DNA from: Methanobacteriaceae archaeon | GTDB taxonomy: Archaea; Methanobacteriota; Methanobacteria; Methanobacteriales; Methanobacteriaceae | Assembly (NCBI GenBank): GCA_003558085.1 | Contig: PWMT01000126.1 | Span: 1 to 11,008 of the forward strand | DNA length: 11,008 bases | Reading direction: 5' to 3' | Shown here: positions 7,810 through 11,008 of the stretch, piece after piece | How positions within the stretch are numbered: position 1 is the first letter of the stretch | How the letters are laid out: every line of letters starts with the position of its first letter | The notes under the pieces: model-generated | The model's input: the letters and a program-made list of their open reading frames with translations, nothing else | What the model was told of the DNA's origin: nothing | The model's database searches: none | Made by a program: the position numbers and the translations under genes

Positions 7810-8577
7810 ATGTCAGTTTTGGACAATTTAAGTGAAAACATTGAAGAATATCTGGAGATTATTTATAAAATCTCTTTAGAGGAAAAAGAACCAGTAACCA
7901 CCTCTAAGATATCTAAATTTCTTAACATAGCACCAGGTAGTGTTACCCAGATGTTGAAGAAATTAGATAAACAAGGTTATGTTGTTTATTCTCCTTATAA
8001 AGGTGTTGTTTTGACTAAAAAAGGCCTTAAAAGCGCTAGTAAAATAACTAGAAAACATCGTCTATTGGAAAGATTTTTAGATGATGTTTTAAATTTAAAA
8101 AAAGATAAAATTCATAATCAAGCATGTAAAATGGAACATACCTTATCTGATGATGCAGAGAGAGCTTTATGCCAATTTTTGGATCAACCAGATCAGTGCC
8201 CAGATGAAGATTTAATACCTGCCTGTGATTTTAAAGTGGATACCTGTGAAGAGTGTTTAGATAGAACAGAAGAAGATTTAGAGGTAATTGGTTTTCGTGA
8301 GGAGAATCTTATTTCAATTACCGCCTTGAATGAGCATGAAAGCGGGAAAGTTTCTTTTATTAGAGGTGATTACGCCTTGGTGAAAAAACTGTTGGATAGG
8401 GACATCACCATTGGAGATGTGATCACGGTTTTAAATAATCATAAATTAAAGGAAAAAATTGAACTAGCAATTAAAGGGTCTAAAATTACTCTAAGCAAAG
8501 AGATGGCTAAGAATATTTTTGTAGCAATAGATGAAAAAGAAAGCATAGCAAAAAAGGAAGCAGTTTCTACAGGATAA
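7810..8577 (+). CDS. DtxR/MntR-family metal-dependent transcriptional repressor with C-terminal FeoA (SH3-like) domain
   Basis: ENIEEYLEIIY, a winged HTH (IAPGSVTQMLKKL...YSPYKGVVLT), metal-site motifs RKHRLLE and ACKMEH, and a FeoA-like C-terminus. The ATG at 7810 follows an AGGTGA RBS. Confidence 0.93.
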   Translation: MSVLDNLSENIEEYLEIIYKISLEEKEPVTTSKISKFLNIAPGSVTQMLKKLDKQGYVVYSPYKGVVLTKKGLKSASKITRKHRLLERFLDDVLNLKKDKIHNQACKMEHTLSDDAERALCQFLDQPDQCPDEDLIPACDFKVDTCEECLDRTEEDLEVIGFREENLISITALNEHESGKVSFIRGDYALVKKLLDRDITIGDVITVLNNHKLKEKIELAIKGSKITLSKEMAKNIFVAIDEKESIAKKEAVSTG

Positions 8578-8870
8578 ACCAAATAATATATTCTTTAGTT
8601 TTAAAATTCAATATTCATAAGTAAATCAATAAAATTCAGCTAATAAAAGCATAAAATTTATTTAAATCTTATCCACCCCCTAAAACTATGATAAAAAAAA
8701 TGGGGAAAGGAATAGAAGAATAAATATATTTTTCTAAAAAAAATAATATTATAATCATCATTTAAGCTATCTTTTTAAGCATACCAAACTAATCAAGCTC
8801 TGATTTATAGTGGAATCTTGAATATAACCGGCCAATCTTAGCAAAGTGAGAAAGTGACGGAGGAACCCTA

Positions 8871-9650
8871 ATGAAAAAATTGAATATAATATCCTGGAAT
8901 GTTAATGGTATTCGCGCTGTATATCGGAAAGGCTTTTTAGATTGGTTTAAGGATGCAAAACCAGATATATTATGTATTCAGGAAACGAAAGCCACTCCTG
9001 ACCAATTACCACGTAAATTGAAGGAAATTGAAGGATATTTTAGTTATTTTAATTCGGCTGAAAAGAAGGGATATAGTGGAGTGGGTTTATATAGTTCCAT
9101 TAAACCCCAGGCTATTGAAAATGGGTTTGGAATAGATAAATATGACCGCGAAGGACGCGTTCAAATAGTAGATTATGATGAGTTTTTATTATTCAATATT
9201 TACTTCCCCAATGGTAAAATGTCAGAAGAAAGACTGAAATACAAATTAGACTTTTATGAGGTTTTCTTGGATCATGTTAACCAGTTAAGGGATCAGGGAA
9301 ATAATATTATTGTTTGCGGTGATTTAAATACCGCCCATAAAGAAATCGACTTAGCCCGGCCAAAAGAAAACAGTAACATTTCTGGATTTCTACCGGTAGA
9401 AAGAGCATGGATCGATAAATTTCTGGATAATGGATATGTGGATACCTTCCGCATGTTCAATTCTGATAGTGATCAATATACTTGGTGGAGTTACCGTACC
9501 CGGGCTCGTGAGAGAAATGTTGGTTGGAGATTGGATTATTTTTTTGTAAATGAAGAATTCAAGGACAAAGTAAAATCTTCCTATATTTTATCAGATGTAA
9601 TGGGCTCTGATCATTGTCCCATAGGACTGGAAATTAAAATTAATGATTAG
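8871..9650 (+). CDS. xth: Exodeoxyribonuclease III / AP endonuclease (Mth212-like)
   Basis: [40 protein letters not shown] and SDHCP are the full set of ExoIII motifs. A GGAGG RBS is upstream. Confidence 0.97.
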   Translation: MKKLNIISWNVNGIRAVYRKGFLDWFKDAKPDILCIQETKATPDQLPRKLKEIEGYFSYFNSAEKKGYSGVGLYSSIKPQAIENGFGIDKYDREGRVQIVDYDEFLLFNIYFPNGKMSEERLKYKLDFYEVFLDHVNQLRDQGNNIIVCGDLNTAHKEIDLARPKENSNISGFLPVERAWIDKFLDNGYVDTFRMFNSDSDQYTWWSYRTRARERNVGWRLDYFFVNEEFKDKVKSSYILSDVMGSDHCPIGLEIKIND

Positions 9651-9786
9651 TGCATAATTTTGGTATGGCTTTGGATAATTTTTAAAAAAAATGAATAGCT
9701 GTAACCATGGATAAGTATTATCCTGAGAGGAAAAGGTGTTATTATAAGCAAATATTTGTCTTAATAATTAAAAGAGCAAGCATTAA

Positions 9787-10458
9787 TTATATTCGCTGAG
9801 ATCTAAGTTTTTTAATGTATCCTCCAATCCATCCGCAGACAGCACCATTAATCGCCCCTAATAATGTGTATGGTATTAAATAAAGGAATGAGCCGGTGAA
9901 AAGACTTCCTAAGAAAAATGATATGGTGCCTGTAATTATAGCATTTTTAGTTCCTATTAATTGGTCTTTAAATAAGTAACCAACACTTGTTAACAGAATA
10001 AAAATTAATAGGGTTAGAATGCCCTGAGTAATAGTTAATATTATAGTTATAGCTATGGCTACCGGTATTACTAAAGTCCATTGAACATTATCCAGATTAA
10101 ATTCATTTTTAATATAATATAAAATATCAACTCCCCTAGCATAATTAGGGTTATAATATTTATTCCTATAGGGGGATTTTTGGAACAAGTTTCGGTACCT
10201 ATTCCCTAATCTTATCAGCCAATTTTTAAACTTCATCTTCCAATTTGAAATTTTTAGATATATTTTATTTCTTAGAAACTCTTTTTTAGTAGGTTTTTTC
10301 TTGATGGTAATCTGCTTCCATTGAGGATCAATAATATCCAAATTTTCTACATATCTTAATTTACCACCACAATAACATAGGTCAACAAAATCCTTGGCTG
10401 ACTCACCAGATTGTAATTTAAAGTAACTTTTACATTTACTGCAAAGCAAATAACTCAT
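9787..10458 (-). CDS. Hypothetical membrane protein with an N-terminal zinc-ribbon-like motif
   Basis: N-terminal YLLCSKC...CYCGGKL, a basic/aromatic linker and about four C-terminal hydrophobic segments. A GGTGAT RBS lies on the - strand. Confidence 0.8.
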   Translation of the reverse strand: MSYLLCSKCKSYFKLQSGESAKDFVDLCYCGGKLRYVENLDIIDPQWKQITIKKKPTKKEFLRNKIYLKISNWKMKFKNWLIRLGNRYRNLFQKSPYRNKYYNPNYARGVDILYYIKNEFNLDNVQWTLVIPVAIAITIILTITQGILTLLIFILLTSVGYLFKDQLIGTKNAIITGTISFFLGSLFTGSFLYLIPYTLLGAINGAVCGWIGGYIKKLRSQRI

Positions 10459-10846
10459 TTAATCACCAAAATAACGTAATAGATATAATTATCAGATATG
10501 ATAAACATTTAGTTGTTGAATCATATCTCTTTTAAAAGCTAAAATCTGATATACATTTACTCTAGATTTCTATGGTTATCTTAGCCATATTTAAGTTTAT
10601 TTATTTAGATTAAAATTTTAAAAAAATGGGGATTTGCTAATACTAATTGTAAATAAAAGATAAGATAAATCAGATTTTTAAAAATACTACTAAAGCCGTA
10701 ATTGATGTATTCTAAAGAATTAATAGATTTTATTATTTGGTGTTAATATTTCCTAAGATTTCACTATCACTAAAATTTCTAATTCATATAAATAACGCCT
10801 CACATACAATGAAAAGTAATTATGTTGTTATTATGAAAAACAATTC

Positions 10847-11008
10847 TTAGGTAGTGGAGAAACCAGGTGGGAACTCTGAGGGAGGAATGTACATTATTTC
10901 AGCGTATCCTCTCTGGAGTAATTCTTCATTTATATTAGTACTTCCCACATAAACCACAGCTAAGATACGGCCGTAGCGGTCATAAATTTTTTCATCATCT
11001 ATATCCAG
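10847..11008 (-). CDS. Thermonuclease (staphylococcal nuclease-like) family protein, 3' end only, truncated by the window edge
   Basis: Absent from the ORF track. Manual translation of the - strand gives LDIDDEKIYDRYGRILAVVYVGSTNINEELLQRGYAEIMYIPPSEFPPGFSTT*, which contains the SNase motifs DxYGRxLA and NxxLLxxGYA. Confidence 0.88.
   Translation of the reverse strand: MDIDDEKIYDRYGRILAVVYVGSTNINEELLQRGYAEIMYIPPSEFPPGFSTT

Noticed and set aside
10490..10678. Three ATCAGAT/ATCTGAT words, including the inverted pair AAAATCTGAT (10541-10550)/ATCAGATTTT (10669-10678), considered as MITE ends
   Set aside because: Arms are short and AT-rich, with no evident target duplication or second copy, so chance is a sufficient explanation.

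Overview
AT-rich archaeal chromosomal segment, very likely from a Methanobacteriaceae methanogen (Methanobacterium-like), judged from a group II chaperonin, a methanogen-type flavodiiron protein, GGTGA/GGAGG ribosome-binding sites and TATA-type promoters. Gene order: a ComER-like pyrroline-5-carboxylate reductase (-); a + strand run of fprA-like flavodiiron protein, hypothetical protein, thermosome subunit, a compact USP/DUF485/ActP-like solute:Na+ symporter cassette, a DtxR-FeoA metal regulator and an ExoIII/Mth212-like nuclease; then, on the - strand, a zinc-ribbon membrane protein and the 3' end of a thermonuclease. I see no mobile element, CRISPR array, tRNA or rRNA. The best candidate for something new is the USP-DUF485-ActP cassette, with hairpin-rich flanks, at a position where Methanothermobacter (from my recollection, not checked) has a different acetate-uptake module. 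Residue-level points of interest are the retained FMN-stacking Trp in FprA, the ComER-type motifs in ProC, a Cys-rich linker in the DtxR protein and the uridine-endonuclease residues in the ExoIII. All family calls come from motif recognition; no database search was run.
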